Assembly (NCBI GenBank): GCA_963668675.2
Contig: CAXXMB010000001.1
Location: 960,001-1,024,000, forward strand
DNA: 64,000 nucleotides
Reading direction: 5' to 3'
Source of the DNA: an uncultured Desulfatitalea sp.
Lineage (GTDB): Bacteria > Desulfobacterota > Desulfobacteria > Desulfobacterales > Desulfosarcinaceae
Every line of letters begins with the position of its first letter. Position 1 is the stretch's first letter. Positions 1-10,207 of the stretch are shown here, one piece after another. Position numbers and translations under genes: made by a program. The notes beneath the pieces were generated by a model, which worked only from the letters and a program-made list of their open reading frames with translations, was not told where the DNA came from and did not search any database.

Positions 1-398
1 TTTGCGATCATGCAGACCGACAAACGGCTCCCGGTGCTGGTTTCAGACGCAACGCCCAGAGGGCCGATCTTCTCCCGCACGTTCAATGCTGCATCGAGGA
101 ACGCATCGTCAGGGGTCGAGAAGGCCACCATTGTTTCGATGGCGGCCATGGCGTCGTGATAAGCGTTGAGCTGCAGACAGAGCGAGATGTAGAGGCTTCT
201 TGCCTGATGGTGGTTCTGATAGCGCTCGAGCAGTTTTTCGAAAACGGGCTTGGCCCTCTCCTTCTGTTGTGAAGCGACCACCGTATCGAAATAGTGGCGT
301 ATGAGGTCATGGTTCTCTGGGGAAGTAAAAAGGGCGGCTTCCAGATCGTGCAGCCCGGCACCTCCGTCAACCGCCCTTTGTGATGAAGCGTCCGTCAC
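1..398 (-). CDS. TPR-like + GT2 glycosyltransferase, 5' part only (runs off the left edge)
   Basis: Not in the ORF track. The frame from GTG at 398 stays open to base 1 and reads MTDASSQ...SRLSVCMIAK, the typical GT2 start (LS[VL]CMI.KNE) after a helical region. Confidence 0.7.
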   Translation of the reverse strand, partial: MTDASSQRAVDGGAGLHDLEAALFTSPENHDLIRHYFDTVVASQQKERAKPVFEKLLERYQNHHQARSLYISLCLQLNAYHDAMAAIETMVAFSTPDDAFLDAALNVREKIGPLGVASETSTGSRLSVCMIA

Positions 399-405
399 GT
401 TCTCT

Positions 406-1878
406 CTATCCAATGGCCTGCTGGTTTCCAACGTTTACCCTGGATGAAGCGGGCCCTTTCTGCAATCGTTCAATCGCTTGCCTGGCCTCGTGGTTCCACG
501 GTTCGATGGCAATCACCTTACGGTAAAAATCGATCGCATCGACATTTTTCCCCATGATCGTACAGACCAGTGCGGTGGCCATCAGGCACTCGATATCTTC
601 AGGTGTTTTCTCAAGGACTTTGACATAGAGCTTCATCGCCTCCTCGACACGTTCCTGCTCTATGAGATAGAAATCAGCTAGATTCTTTATGATGTTGGGC
701 TGCTCGGGTGCCATCTCGTAGGCCTTTTCATAGCTGGCCAACGCTCTCTCCTTGTCTCCGGTTTCGTAGTACAGTACCCCCAGATCATTATATGCAACGG
801 GATAATCGGTCGAGGTGCTCACTAGCAAGTTCAAATCATCGATGGCCCCATGCGAGTCGCCGTTGTTGGCTTTGGATTGGGCCTGCATATAGAGTTCATC
901 GCCGCTCAGCCCAGGCGCGGCTATTCTATCGTTGGAATCCAACTGTTCCAACAGCATTCTGGCATCCTGGTTCCAGGGCTCGATGGTCAGCGCCAACTCG
1001 ATGAAATCACGGCTGTCCTCGACCTTTCCGATGGCCATACAGATCTGACCGCAACTGAGCAGGGTCTCCATATCCTGGGGATCACGCTTCAACACCTCGA
1101 CAAATATCTTCAAGGCGCCACCCGCGTCGTTTTTTTCATTCCAGAGCAGGTCGCCAAGATTCTTCAAAAAAACAATGTTCTCCGGCATCAACCGGACGGC
1201 AGTTTCATAGTGATGCAGCGCCGCTTCAACATCCCCACGATCGTAGCACTTAATGCCCAGATCGTTGTGGGCCTGGGCGTCATCGGGATCAATCTCTTCA
1301 GTGGGATGCCCTCCAACAGGATTTAACGGCGGCGCAAGCCCCTGAATCCCTGCCAAGGCAGGGGCCTCCACGCCCGGTGCGAAAGAATTCGGATGATGTT
1401 GTGCCTCTTCTTGGGACGATTTGGCTGCCATCTGATCGAGAAACTGTGTCGCATCGGGCTGCCCCGGCTCGATCTCCAACACGCTCCGGTAGCATTCGCG
1501 GGCCTCATCGAACCGCTGCAATACCACGCAGAGATGCCCAGCCGTCAACAGCGTGCTGATCTCCCTCGGAACCAAGGCCAGGACTTTGTGGTATTGCTCC
1601 AGGGCTTTTTCTGCATTCTCCTGCGAGACAAAATAGAAATCGCCTAAGCTTTTCAAGTAATCGGCATTGCCCTGATCCAGTTCTGCCGCCCTGAAAAAAT
1701 GCGCACCGGCTGTAGTGATATCTCCATTTCGATGCGCGAATACAGCCTTCTCATGGTGCGCCTGGGAATGGTTTGGATAATCGGCCAGCAACTTGTCGAG
1801 CATCCACTCGGCAGTCTCGATCTGCCCGTTGTCGATCAACCAGTGAACCCCCTGGTGGATTTTATCTTCGAATCGCAT
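406..1878 (-). CDS. Tetratricopeptide repeat protein
   Basis: 490 aa with three similar TPR blocks (AHNDLG/AYNDLG...A...YEKA...P...KNL.DFY...IEPWN). Confidence 0.9.
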   Translation of the reverse strand: MRFEDKIHQGVHWLIDNGQIETAEWMLDKLLADYPNHSQAHHEKAVFAHRNGDITTAGAHFFRAAELDQGNADYLKSLGDFYFVSQENAEKALEQYHKVLALVPREISTLLTAGHLCVVLQRFDEARECYRSVLEIEPGQPDATQFLDQMAAKSSQEEAQHHPNSFAPGVEAPALAGIQGLAPPLNPVGGHPTEEIDPDDAQAHNDLGIKCYDRGDVEAALHHYETAVRLMPENIVFLKNLGDLLWNEKNDAGGALKIFVEVLKRDPQDMETLLSCGQICMAIGKVEDSRDFIELALTIEPWNQDARMLLEQLDSNDRIAAPGLSGDELYMQAQSKANNGDSHGAIDDLNLLVSTSTDYPVAYNDLGVLYYETGDKERALASYEKAYEMAPEQPNIIKNLADFYLIEQERVEEAMKLYVKVLEKTPEDIECLMATALVCTIMGKNVDAIDFYRKVIAIEPWNHEARQAIERLQKGPASSRVNVGNQQAIG

Positions 1879-2009
1879 GGTTGGGCTCTCCTTTTCAAAA
1901 TCTCATAAAACCTTGCCAGACCCACGTGCCTGCCAGGCCGTTCCGCCGAGAGAAGATGGACCTCTCTCGTTCGATCCCGATCTATTCAGTTCGGACCTGT
2001 CCGGAGTTT

Positions 2010-2025
2010 TGCAAGCTTTGTACCG
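2010..2025 (-). promoter_or_regulatory. Sigma54 (-24/-12) promoter of the TPR/GT2 genes
   Basis: Minus strand CGGTACAAAGCTTGCA = GG-N10-GC, about 130 bp upstream of 1878, with an AT-rich tract upstream. Confidence 0.65.
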
Positions 2026-2176
2026 ATTTGGAAATTTGATTCGGCCATAGAACTTGCGGCCATTCGAGGAGGGATTTTCTATTTGATTTATTTATATATA
2101 TTTAATTATTTCATAGGGAGGCTGATGAGGAGGGCAATTCTAAAAGCGTCAAAAAACCGATATTTTGACGGCCATA

Positions 2177-5100
2177 TCACGATCTTTCGGCGATCCGTTT
2201 GGACACCTCACCGGCAGCGGCAGCGAGCCCTGCGTCCTGACCGAAACGGGCCGTCGCCTTATCGATCTCGACAGCCGCAATGGCGTACTGCTGTCGGTGG
2301 AGCAATATATCAATGAAGAGATATCTGAGCCGTTTGCTGTCGGGATGCTCGGCGCACAGTCTCTCCAACGCGGATTGCGCCTTTTCCAGCTCCCCGAGCG
2401 ATATGGCGGCCCGGTGGTACTGTTTGGCGGCATCCGATAAAAGCGGGTTGCAGACGAGCCCTTTTTTGAAGCAGTCGAACGCCTCATATGGTCTTTTTTC
2501 GGCCCACAGGATCAACCCAAGGTTGATATAGGGTTCACCAAAAGTCACCTCACCTTCAATGGCCTGTCGGAACAACGCCTGCGCACCCTGTTGATCCCCC
2601 GATGCAAAGGCGAGCTTGCCCTTCAGATTGAGCAGAAAGGGTTTCAAAGCGCCATCTTCTGGGATGAGCGATAGCGTCTCGCGGCACTGATTGGTCCGTC
2701 CCAGCGCCAGATGGCAATATGCCAGATAGGCACGCCTTTTCCCTTCACTCGGATTAACGCTATTCTGCACCAAGAGTTCGGCGGCCTCTTCAAATCGCTT
2801 CAGATCTATCAGGAACTCGACGAGTCCCCACCAAACCTGATCCTCTTGCGGAAATCGGGTAATCATCCGACGATAAAGCGCTTCCGCTTCGTCGAACCGC
2901 TCCTCCATCCAACGGGTTCGGGCAAGGGCCAATTCGTCCATTGCTTCATTCGGGAGTACCGAAGCGTTTTCAGCGACCTTCGGTTCAGGGGATTTCACAT
3001 CACGTCCGGCTTCAACAGAAGCCCTTCGAATGGGTTGCCCCTTGAGCGCGTTGATTCTCATCGAAACCTTTTCAAAGGCATGGCGCCAAGTCAATTGCGT
3101 CTCAATAAAGTGTCTGGCGTGGCGGCCTTTTTCAGCAGCCTCCGCTTGTTGGCTATAAACATGCTTCATCCAGCGGGTCAGATCGCCTCTGTCCGGTTCG
3201 GCATACCAAGGGTAGTCGACCGTCTCGTGTTCCCCCACCCTCTTGTCGTCATAGCGCTTCTCTTTCGCAGAGATGAGATAGGCGTTGGAAGGGTTGCAAA
3301 AATCCATGGCCGCACCATACCCGGTCACGATAACAGGCAGCCCGCAGGCCATCGCTTCGGCGATGGGCAGGCCGAATCCCTCGCCTCTATAGGGATGCAC
3401 AAGGCAGTCGCAGGCGGTATAGAGCCCCGGCATACGATCGTCCGAAATCATAGCTTCTATATATTCTATTTCTGGGCATTGCGGTTGACACTGCATTTCG
3501 GAGATCATCTTTTTTGCATTTTGTTCTTTGTATATGCCCTTTCCGCCCATGTCCTTGATCACCAGGCAAACATCGTCCAGAGCACTAAAAGAATTGAAGT
3601 ATGCATATAGTAAAACATCGATTCCCTTGCGATGAATGGTGCCTCCAACAAAAAGGAATTTGAATCGTTTTCTGGTTTTCAGTGGGTAGGCAGTGGCCTC
3701 TGGTTTAAACCGATCGGTGTCCACCCCATTGGGAATCACAACCACTTGCTCTGCAGGAATGCCGCTACGCGCATAACACTTTTTAACATATTCGCTAGGC
3801 ACCCAGATCTCATCGACCAGGTCACACATGGGTCTAATCCAAGATGCCGGCAAACTGCCATATTCCCAGGGCTGAATCATCACCCAGTGACCATGAGCTG
3901 GCGGATTGAAGTTTGGGGGCCACTGGTGTCGGACATTGATGCCAGCCGTTCCATTTAATAGGCTATTCAAGCGCGAAGTTAAAAGATGCAAACGTCTGTT
4001 ATTTTTATTTTGAATTGGAAGGGCTTCAGAAGAAGCCACAGTAAGTTCATAGCCCGCATCAATGAGTCGAAGGCATAACTCCCTGTTGATTAAAGCAAGA
4101 GAATTAAGTGCAAATTGATCTCCCTCCCATGAAATCATTTTGGAGTTCTTTTCTACTATTTCAATTCGGCCCTGCTTTTGCTTCTTTGCCCAGCCGTCTT
4201 CTATAGCGTCGATCATCTTCGGTATGGTTTCAGCTGGGCCGGGCATACGTTCGGACTTGGAAGCCATGCAACGACGCTCCTCCAATGACAACGCATATGC
4301 ATTGCGCAAGGCGCTTCGAACATCTTCGACGCAGAGCAATGGCATGGACCGCCCTTTGTGGTGCGGTTGATACATCAAGATATCATCGGTCATCGGAATG
4401 GCTTTTTCTGAACGAACTGCGATAGGCAGATATGAATCCAATGGCTTGATTTTAATGAGATTTTCAGGCATAATAACGACACGTTTTCTGACACGCGCCT
4501 CACCAACCGGAGCGGTCAAAGCCGTATCCGCGGTGACATAAGCATTGCAGCTGTCTATGAGATGCAAGATACCTTTCCGGGTACCGATCTCCTCATCGAC
4601 TATTATCTTATTTGCGGAACCTGTTTTGCAGCGCAATCTCTCAATCAGATCAAACAAGTCTTTTTTCGGTTTCCCAGGCACTGGATGCCATGAAGGATAG
4701 TTGACTTTAAGGTAAAGTTCGACGTTTTCATTTTCTTCAAATTCCTCCAGAAACGCCTCGATCATGGTATCTAATCGACGCCGTGGAAGAAACATCGTAA
4801 CATTTAAAAATCTGAAACTTTTATTCTCCAATGGCGGCTCATCAAATGCAGGTGGAAGCATGGGGTTGTCTACCCATGGGTGAGGCCAGTATATCGTGCG
4901 CACCTTCTCGGGCGGAAATCCTGCTTTTTTAAAGGCGTCTTCCTCTCCAACGGTATGCAACCAAATCTGGTCCATAGCGCTACAAATATTCAACTTTTCC
5001 GTGGGTTGAGAGCTCTCATCCGAATTGCAATCGAAAACAGTTGTCGACAATATGCGAAGATTCGGTTCGGGAAGCTTGATGTCCAACCAGTTCCAGCTGG

Positions 5101-5359
5101 GAACATGAGATATAATTGTCGTGACCGGCGGCACTATTCGTGTTTTGGAAAGCGTTTGTATTAATCCAAGATCACAATCGTCAATTCCGGATTCTGGTGA
5201 ATTCACAGACATTGTTCTAACCCGAACGCCGTTTTGATGAAGACCGGAAACGACGGCCCGGGCACCGACTCCAAAGCCACTTCGGTTATAAAAAGGCGCT
5301 ATCCATAAGATCGTACCTGGTATGGCCTGCCCTGATAATTGCACTGTGTTATTCATCAT
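2177..5359 (-). CDS. Glycosyltransferase with two GT4-like domains and C-terminal TPRs
   Basis: 1060 aa; FLFVGG..HRKG, PYRGEGFGLPIAEAMACG (GT4 EX7E motif); degenerate N-terminal GT-B copy; TPR tail. Confidence 0.9.
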   Translation of the reverse strand: MMNNTVQLSGQAIPGTILWIAPFYNRSGFGVGARAVVSGLHQNGVRVRTMSVNSPESGIDDCDLGLIQTLSKTRIVPPVTTIISHVPSWNWLDIKLPEPNLRILSTTVFDCNSDESSQPTEKLNICSAMDQIWLHTVGEEDAFKKAGFPPEKVRTIYWPHPWVDNPMLPPAFDEPPLENKSFRFLNVTMFLPRRRLDTMIEAFLEEFEENENVELYLKVNYPSWHPVPGKPKKDLFDLIERLRCKTGSANKIIVDEEIGTRKGILHLIDSCNAYVTADTALTAPVGEARVRKRVVIMPENLIKIKPLDSYLPIAVRSEKAIPMTDDILMYQPHHKGRSMPLLCVEDVRSALRNAYALSLEERRCMASKSERMPGPAETIPKMIDAIEDGWAKKQKQGRIEIVEKNSKMISWEGDQFALNSLALINRELCLRLIDAGYELTVASSEALPIQNKNNRRLHLLTSRLNSLLNGTAGINVRHQWPPNFNPPAHGHWVMIQPWEYGSLPASWIRPMCDLVDEIWVPSEYVKKCYARSGIPAEQVVVIPNGVDTDRFKPEATAYPLKTRKRFKFLFVGGTIHRKGIDVLLYAYFNSFSALDDVCLVIKDMGGKGIYKEQNAKKMISEMQCQPQCPEIEYIEAMISDDRMPGLYTACDCLVHPYRGEGFGLPIAEAMACGLPVIVTGYGAAMDFCNPSNAYLISAKEKRYDDKRVGEHETVDYPWYAEPDRGDLTRWMKHVYSQQAEAAEKGRHARHFIETQLTWRHAFEKVSMRINALKGQPIRRASVEAGRDVKSPEPKVAENASVLPNEAMDELALARTRWMEERFDEAEALYRRMITRFPQEDQVWWGLVEFLIDLKRFEEAAELLVQNSVNPSEGKRRAYLAYCHLALGRTNQCRETLSLIPEDGALKPFLLNLKGKLAFASGDQQGAQALFRQAIEGEVTFGEPYINLGLILWAEKRPYEAFDCFKKGLVCNPLLSDAAKQYHRAAISLGELEKAQSALERLCAEHPDSKRLRYLFIDILLHRQQYAIAAVEIDKATARFGQDAGLAAAAGEVSKRIAERS

Positions 5360-5489
5360 TAAATTCTGTTATGTATCTGAAATTTTTCGTATACGTGGTG
5401 ATATATTGAGCCACAACATAAATGACCGTCGACAAGTAAGATGTTCTTTGCGATTAGCAGCTTTTTTGATACAGGAACAAGGCTTGCCA

Positions 5490-6563
5490 TTAAATTGTAA
5501 CGCTCCCGGGCGGCGGCTGGTAGGATATTCTCCTCTCCACCAGGTTTGCCTCTTCCTGCAATTGGTTAAGAATTTCATCCCTCCGACCTGGGAACTTCCA
5601 GAAGTTATTCAATAAGACGCCGATTTTTTCATTTCGGATTTTTGGAAAAAGCGCCAATCCAAGATAGTAGTATTGCTCACCCAAATCGTAGCCACCACTG
5701 ATGAGAAACCGGGTAGCATAACGAAAACATAAAGAGCTCAATTTTTTTCGAGACGATAAGAGTCGGTTGTTAACCTTCGAAATACCCATAGCGTCAGCAA
5801 CCTCATTAAAATGTTGGTGTAGGAGATATGGACCAAGAATCTCAATCAAGTTTCCAGCTGCTTGCTGTGAATCATTTTCACCATGCAATCGGTGATAGAG
5901 CAGTGGTTCTTTCAAATAAGCCGCCTTGTAGCGACTACAGAGCATAAAATCCATTATCCGTGCCCCGTACCATCGACCAGCTAACACTTTTGAAAAATCA
6001 GTACGTTCTGATGCTTCTCGCTCAGCACGATAAAGAATCTGAGAAATACTGGGATTAACCGCAGCCATCATGTAAACCGCTGCCTGTTCCTCACCTGGAA
6101 TAACACAGCTTTCCTGGTAAAAAGGCGGCTCCTCAAAAAGGCAGCTTCGCTCATCAATGATTCCTCTGTGGACCATTGCAAATGCACAATCGGGATTATC
6201 CTCCAACACCGCGACCGCCTTTTCGATGAAATCGACTGCCATAATATCATCAGAGCACATCTGCAGAGCGTAGTGCCCCTGCGACGGAAAAATACAATTT
6301 TCCACATTTGCATCAGGTCCAAAATTTAGACGATTTCTCGCAAGACTGAATCGCTGCGGATGTCTCTTTTGGTATGCCAGCGCAATTTCCCAAGAATCAT
6401 CAACTGAGCAGTTATCAGAAAAGGATATTTCAATATTCCTATAGCTTTGCCGGACAACAGAATCTATGCACTCTTCGAGATAGCGACCATAATTGTAGTT
6501 ATGAATACGAACCGAAACCAAGGGGTCATAGGTGCTAAAATAACTATGATGATTGTCATTCAT
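5490..6563 (-). CDS. GT2 family glycosyltransferase
   Basis: VSV.IHNYNYGRYLEECIDSV, SDNCSVDDS, CSDD. Confidence 0.9.
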   Translation of the reverse strand: MNDNHHSYFSTYDPLVSVRIHNYNYGRYLEECIDSVVRQSYRNIEISFSDNCSVDDSWEIALAYQKRHPQRFSLARNRLNFGPDANVENCIFPSQGHYALQMCSDDIMAVDFIEKAVAVLEDNPDCAFAMVHRGIIDERSCLFEEPPFYQESCVIPGEEQAAVYMMAAVNPSISQILYRAEREASERTDFSKVLAGRWYGARIMDFMLCSRYKAAYLKEPLLYHRLHGENDSQQAAGNLIEILGPYLLHQHFNEVADAMGISKVNNRLLSSRKKLSSLCFRYATRFLISGGYDLGEQYYYLGLALFPKIRNEKIGVLLNNFWKFPGRRDEILNQLQEEANLVERRISYQPPPGSVTI

Positions 6564-6583
6564 CGTTTACTCTCGTTTATTGT

Positions 6584-6724
6584 TAAACCGGAAATTTAAA
6601 AGGCCAACCTTCGTTACCCCGGACTTGATCCGGTATCAGGAACCAACTGGATAGCGCCAAGGCTTCACTGCGTGCCCGGTTTTCGTCGGAATGACATGCG
6701 TAGAAATTATTGGTTTCCGGGTTA
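6584..6724. repeat. Degenerate MITE/REP-like palindromic element
   Basis: Outer IR TAAACCGGAAA / TTTCCGGGTTA (10/11); inner GTTACCCCGGACTTGATCCGG...CCGGTTTTCGTCGGAATGAC; GC-rich patch in an AT-rich spacer. Confidence 0.5.
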
Positions 6725-6842
6725 ATAGCTATTTAGCCCCATCTTTAAAAACCTACTTGATTGCTGAAAAATTCGACCTCTTGTTTCTCAATACGAACCT
6801 CCCGATCATAAAGGAAAACATCTTTCTTTCGACGGACCTGGT

Positions 6843-8681
6843 CTATATTGCTATTTGCTTGAATACTGGGACAAGGCTGTTTTTTTCATTAATCAGAGTA
6901 GGGAAATATACCTTATTAATAGACGGATAATTATCTTTGATAGCTCTGCAGATAGCATTTTTGGCGATCGGTGAGGTAATGACTACAGATTTTACCTCTT
7001 TTTCATAAATTATCTCAGGACCGTAAATTTTTTTGCCGAGACGTGTCATCAACTGGTGACGCTGGTTTCCGTCAGCTTGAATAAACCGTTTAGAATCAAA
7101 GCATCCCTTATGAAATCGCGCAATTCTACAATACTGGCTGCCAACACCCCAGAAAACGATCTCTTCATCTTCTGGAATCTCCTTCATAATCAGATCAGTT
7201 TTGCATGTTACCGTTCTTAATAACTCAACTGTGTTTGGGCGACCGCAGGAACAGTTGCATATAGGAGCTTGAAGGAAATGTTGGCCTGATATAATGTGGG
7301 TTTTGCTGCATCGACCGCATATCCATTCCGCCCTGCATATCCCCTCTTCATCCACATCAATAAGCTTGATTTCCGCAGCTGGTACCTGGGGATAGTACGA
7401 CAATTCAGTAATTTTCGAATACATTTCAAAATATTCTTCATCCGTGAGTTTAGACACGTTAATGTCGAATGTACCATTTTTGAGGTAGTCTGCACGGTCG
7501 AAAATTACACCCTTTTTGCAGGCATGTTCGTAAAGAAATGATCCTGGGTATGTGCAGACTATACCAAGGTTGATGTAAAGCTTATCTTTGTACCTTTCCC
7601 ACAAATCAAGAGAAGCTTTGACGGTCTCTGTGGTTTCATTTATATCTCCGAAAATAAAATTACCAAGCATGAACATTTCAGATTCGGCAAATACATCCAA
7701 AGCGTTTACCAATTGCTTTATGGTGACACCTTTGCGCATACTTTTGAGAATTTTCTGAGAACCACTTTCCAAACCAGTTCCAATCCCCTTGCATCCGGCG
7801 TCAAGCATGATTTTCAGTAAATCATATTCAATTTCCTGGACTCTAAGAGAGCAACCCCAGTTAATTTTATACGGTTTGATCCTTTTGCAAAAATCAACGA
7901 CCCTTTTTTTGTTTGTGGCGAAAAGTTCATCACCGATACCAATCTTTTGTATTTTGAATTTTTCAATTTGATAATCAATTTCTGAAAATATTGAGTCCAT
8001 TGACCGTTGTCTGTATCTATTACCAGTCGACTTAAAGCAAAAGGTGCACTGAAAAGGGCATGACCTGGCAGATTGAATAATACCCCCACCTTTGTTTAAT
8101 TTTACCCATTCTGAATAATTGAAACCGTCAAAGTCCATATAGGCGATATTGTCGATTTCCATTATTTCCGGTCGAGGCGGACCTTTAATTAATCTTCCTT
8201 TGTGCCAGCTGATCACACCAGAAATGTTATCATATCTGGAGCCTCTGTTTAAAGCAGCAGCAAGCTCGCACATAGTTCTTTCGCCTTCACCAATCACTCC
8301 TATATCGGCCTTAAGTACTCTCATTGCAGGTTCGGCGTCGGATGAGATTATTGCTCCACCAATGACTATTTTTACATTGGGGTTGAGCTTTCTTGAAAGG
8401 TCAATAATTCGCTTAATTTGATTAACATCCAGGCTGGTCCCACCAGTGCATACAATATCGATTTCATTTTCGTTGAACACTTTATTCAACGTATCCTCAA
8501 TATTGCTTTTAATAAAATTTGAATTGACTGTATAAACTTCGAAGCCTGCGTTCTTTAATGCTGCAGACACGTAGGCCATCCCAATTGGAAATAAGGTAAG
8601 GACATCTACTACGGAGTTCGATCTCTGTGATACTGTTTGCGGGTGTTGAGGAGAAATTAAAAGATACTTCAATGCAGCCAT
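6843..8681 (-). CDS. B12-binding radical SAM protein (class B methyltransferase-like) with C-terminal Rossmann-like module
   Basis: PIGMAYVSAAL / VIGEGE B12 domain; RSCPFQCTFC; GLESGS. Confidence 0.9.
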   Translation of the reverse strand: MAALKYLLISPQHPQTVSQRSNSVVDVLTLFPIGMAYVSAALKNAGFEVYTVNSNFIKSNIEDTLNKVFNENEIDIVCTGGTSLDVNQIKRIIDLSRKLNPNVKIVIGGAIISSDAEPAMRVLKADIGVIGEGERTMCELAAALNRGSRYDNISGVISWHKGRLIKGPPRPEIMEIDNIAYMDFDGFNYSEWVKLNKGGGIIQSARSCPFQCTFCFKSTGNRYRQRSMDSIFSEIDYQIEKFKIQKIGIGDELFATNKKRVVDFCKRIKPYKINWGCSLRVQEIEYDLLKIMLDAGCKGIGTGLESGSQKILKSMRKGVTIKQLVNALDVFAESEMFMLGNFIFGDINETTETVKASLDLWERYKDKLYINLGIVCTYPGSFLYEHACKKGVIFDRADYLKNGTFDINVSKLTDEEYFEMYSKITELSYYPQVPAAEIKLIDVDEEGICRAEWICGRCSKTHIISGQHFLQAPICNCSCGRPNTVELLRTVTCKTDLIMKEIPEDEEIVFWGVGSQYCRIARFHKGCFDSKRFIQADGNQRHQLMTRLGKKIYGPEIIYEKEVKSVVITSPIAKNAICRAIKDNYPSINKVYFPTLINEKNSLVPVFKQIAI

Positions 8682-8747
8682 TTTTAAACTTTCTTCAATT
8701 TAATTTCCTGAACATGCTTATCATTATCTGCTCTTATCGTTTATCCC

Positions 8748-10205
8748 TCATAAGAAATCGGAACCGTAAACAATTGGCGGAGGAAGATATTCAGAATATT
8801 GGACATAGTATCCTTTACAGCCAATAATTAATTCATCATTGAAATTATGGTTGAACAATTGTTTTTTTATCTCATCTTCAAATGAATACGTACTGATGAT
8901 TATAAAACTGTTTTTATGATATTTTGTTAACTTTCTAAAAGATATGACAGGGAGATTTTCATGCCAGGCCGTTTCCTCATCTGAAATTTTGTTATCGCAA
9001 AAACATACCGGATTTATGCCGTAACGTCTTAAAATTACCAAAAGACGTCTACCGAGATCTCCCGCACCGAAAAGCACAATGGTGCGATTGAGTTTAGAGA
9101 TTTCTTCCTTTTTTTCCCCTAACAAAGCTGAAACCATATTATCAGTTGAAAAAATTTTCTGTGTATAATTAATTTTCGGCCCTTCTTCTGCACACCGTTT
9201 TTCTATCAACTCCGCCGCTTTTTCGAACTCAGATTTTGAAAGTCGTTCAGTTTTGAGTCCAATTTTCCATTCTTCCTGCTGCAACCGATAAGTGAATAGC
9301 AGTTTCAACTCTCTTTTGGCTTCAGAGATATTAGTCGCTCTGATATGATTCCAATCATATTCTCTGAACATGTCCGGTTTGTATTCAGGCAATATGGATT
9401 TTGCGACAGAAGATCTGGAACAATCTGTTTTATCATAGAAAATAACCGGAATACCCATGGCGGCACATGGCATTACAACATGTATATGTGAACTTATTAC
9501 CAACATCGCCTCGCGTTTAAGTAAATCAAGTCGCTCTTGGGCCAACCTTTTTGTATGCTTGGCATCATTATCGTCCATAGGTCCACAACGGGGGAAATCC
9601 ACTATCTGGGCCAGGTGCTGAATTCTGGCTTTTAAATGATCAGGAATAGTGCTGATAATGGTTTCCACCAAATTGCCTGGTATGCCAATTATAAATATTT
9701 TGTTTCCTTTAATCTCCGGATGTCGCTCATCAAAACCGATTGTGACACACTTCGAAAAAAAAGCCTTTATTCCCAAAGATCTTAAAAAATCTCTGGTAGC
9801 CACATCTCGACAACCTATTGGCTCGTATTTTTTCATTGATGCAATAAAAGCATCATAGTGTCTCAAAACATCAAACATTCCATCAGGAATTCGTGTACCA
9901 AAGTATAATATTCGCAAATTGAAATCATTAATTGGAAGATCGTGCTTAGCTGGGTATGTATTCCACGCCAATCCACCGGTTGCTGGTATAAAGATACCTT
10001 TTTCCCGTTTTTGATTTCTAATTCCCATCTCTGAACGTACTATGTAATCGATCTGATTCTCTTTAACAGATAATTGTTTTAACATCTCCACTACAGCCAG
10101 GGACTGTATATCATCTCCCAAGTTTATGACATTTTTAGTCCCTCCATATTTATAGCTTATTGTATAGTATTTCATAAAGTCAGGTCCCAATAAGTTATTT
10201 TTCAA
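8748..10205 (-). CDS. Polysaccharide pyruvyltransferase family protein with C-terminal Rossmann-like module
   Basis: NLGDDIQSLA, PIGCRD, ISSHIHVVMPCAAMGIPV; C-terminal IVLFGAG. Confidence 0.8.
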   Translation of the reverse strand: MKNNLLGPDFMKYYTISYKYGGTKNVINLGDDIQSLAVVEMLKQLSVKENQIDYIVRSEMGIRNQKREKGIFIPATGGLAWNTYPAKHDLPINDFNLRILYFGTRIPDGMFDVLRHYDAFIASMKKYEPIGCRDVATRDFLRSLGIKAFFSKCVTIGFDERHPEIKGNKIFIIGIPGNLVETIISTIPDHLKARIQHLAQIVDFPRCGPMDDNDAKHTKRLAQERLDLLKREAMLVISSHIHVVMPCAAMGIPVIFYDKTDCSRSSVAKSILPEYKPDMFREYDWNHIRATNISEAKRELKLLFTYRLQQEEWKIGLKTERLSKSEFEKAAELIEKRCAEEGPKINYTQKIFSTDNMVSALLGEKKEEISKLNRTIVLFGAGDLGRRLLVILRRYGINPVCFCDNKISDEETAWHENLPVISFRKLTKYHKNSFIIISTYSFEDEIKKQLFNHNFNDELIIGCKGYYVQYSEYLPPPIVYGSDFL

Positions 10206-10207
10206 TT

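Noticed and set aside
83..370. 95 aa ORF from the track
   Set aside because: Wrong frame; the overlapping frame from 398 runs off the edge and encodes a GT2 start.
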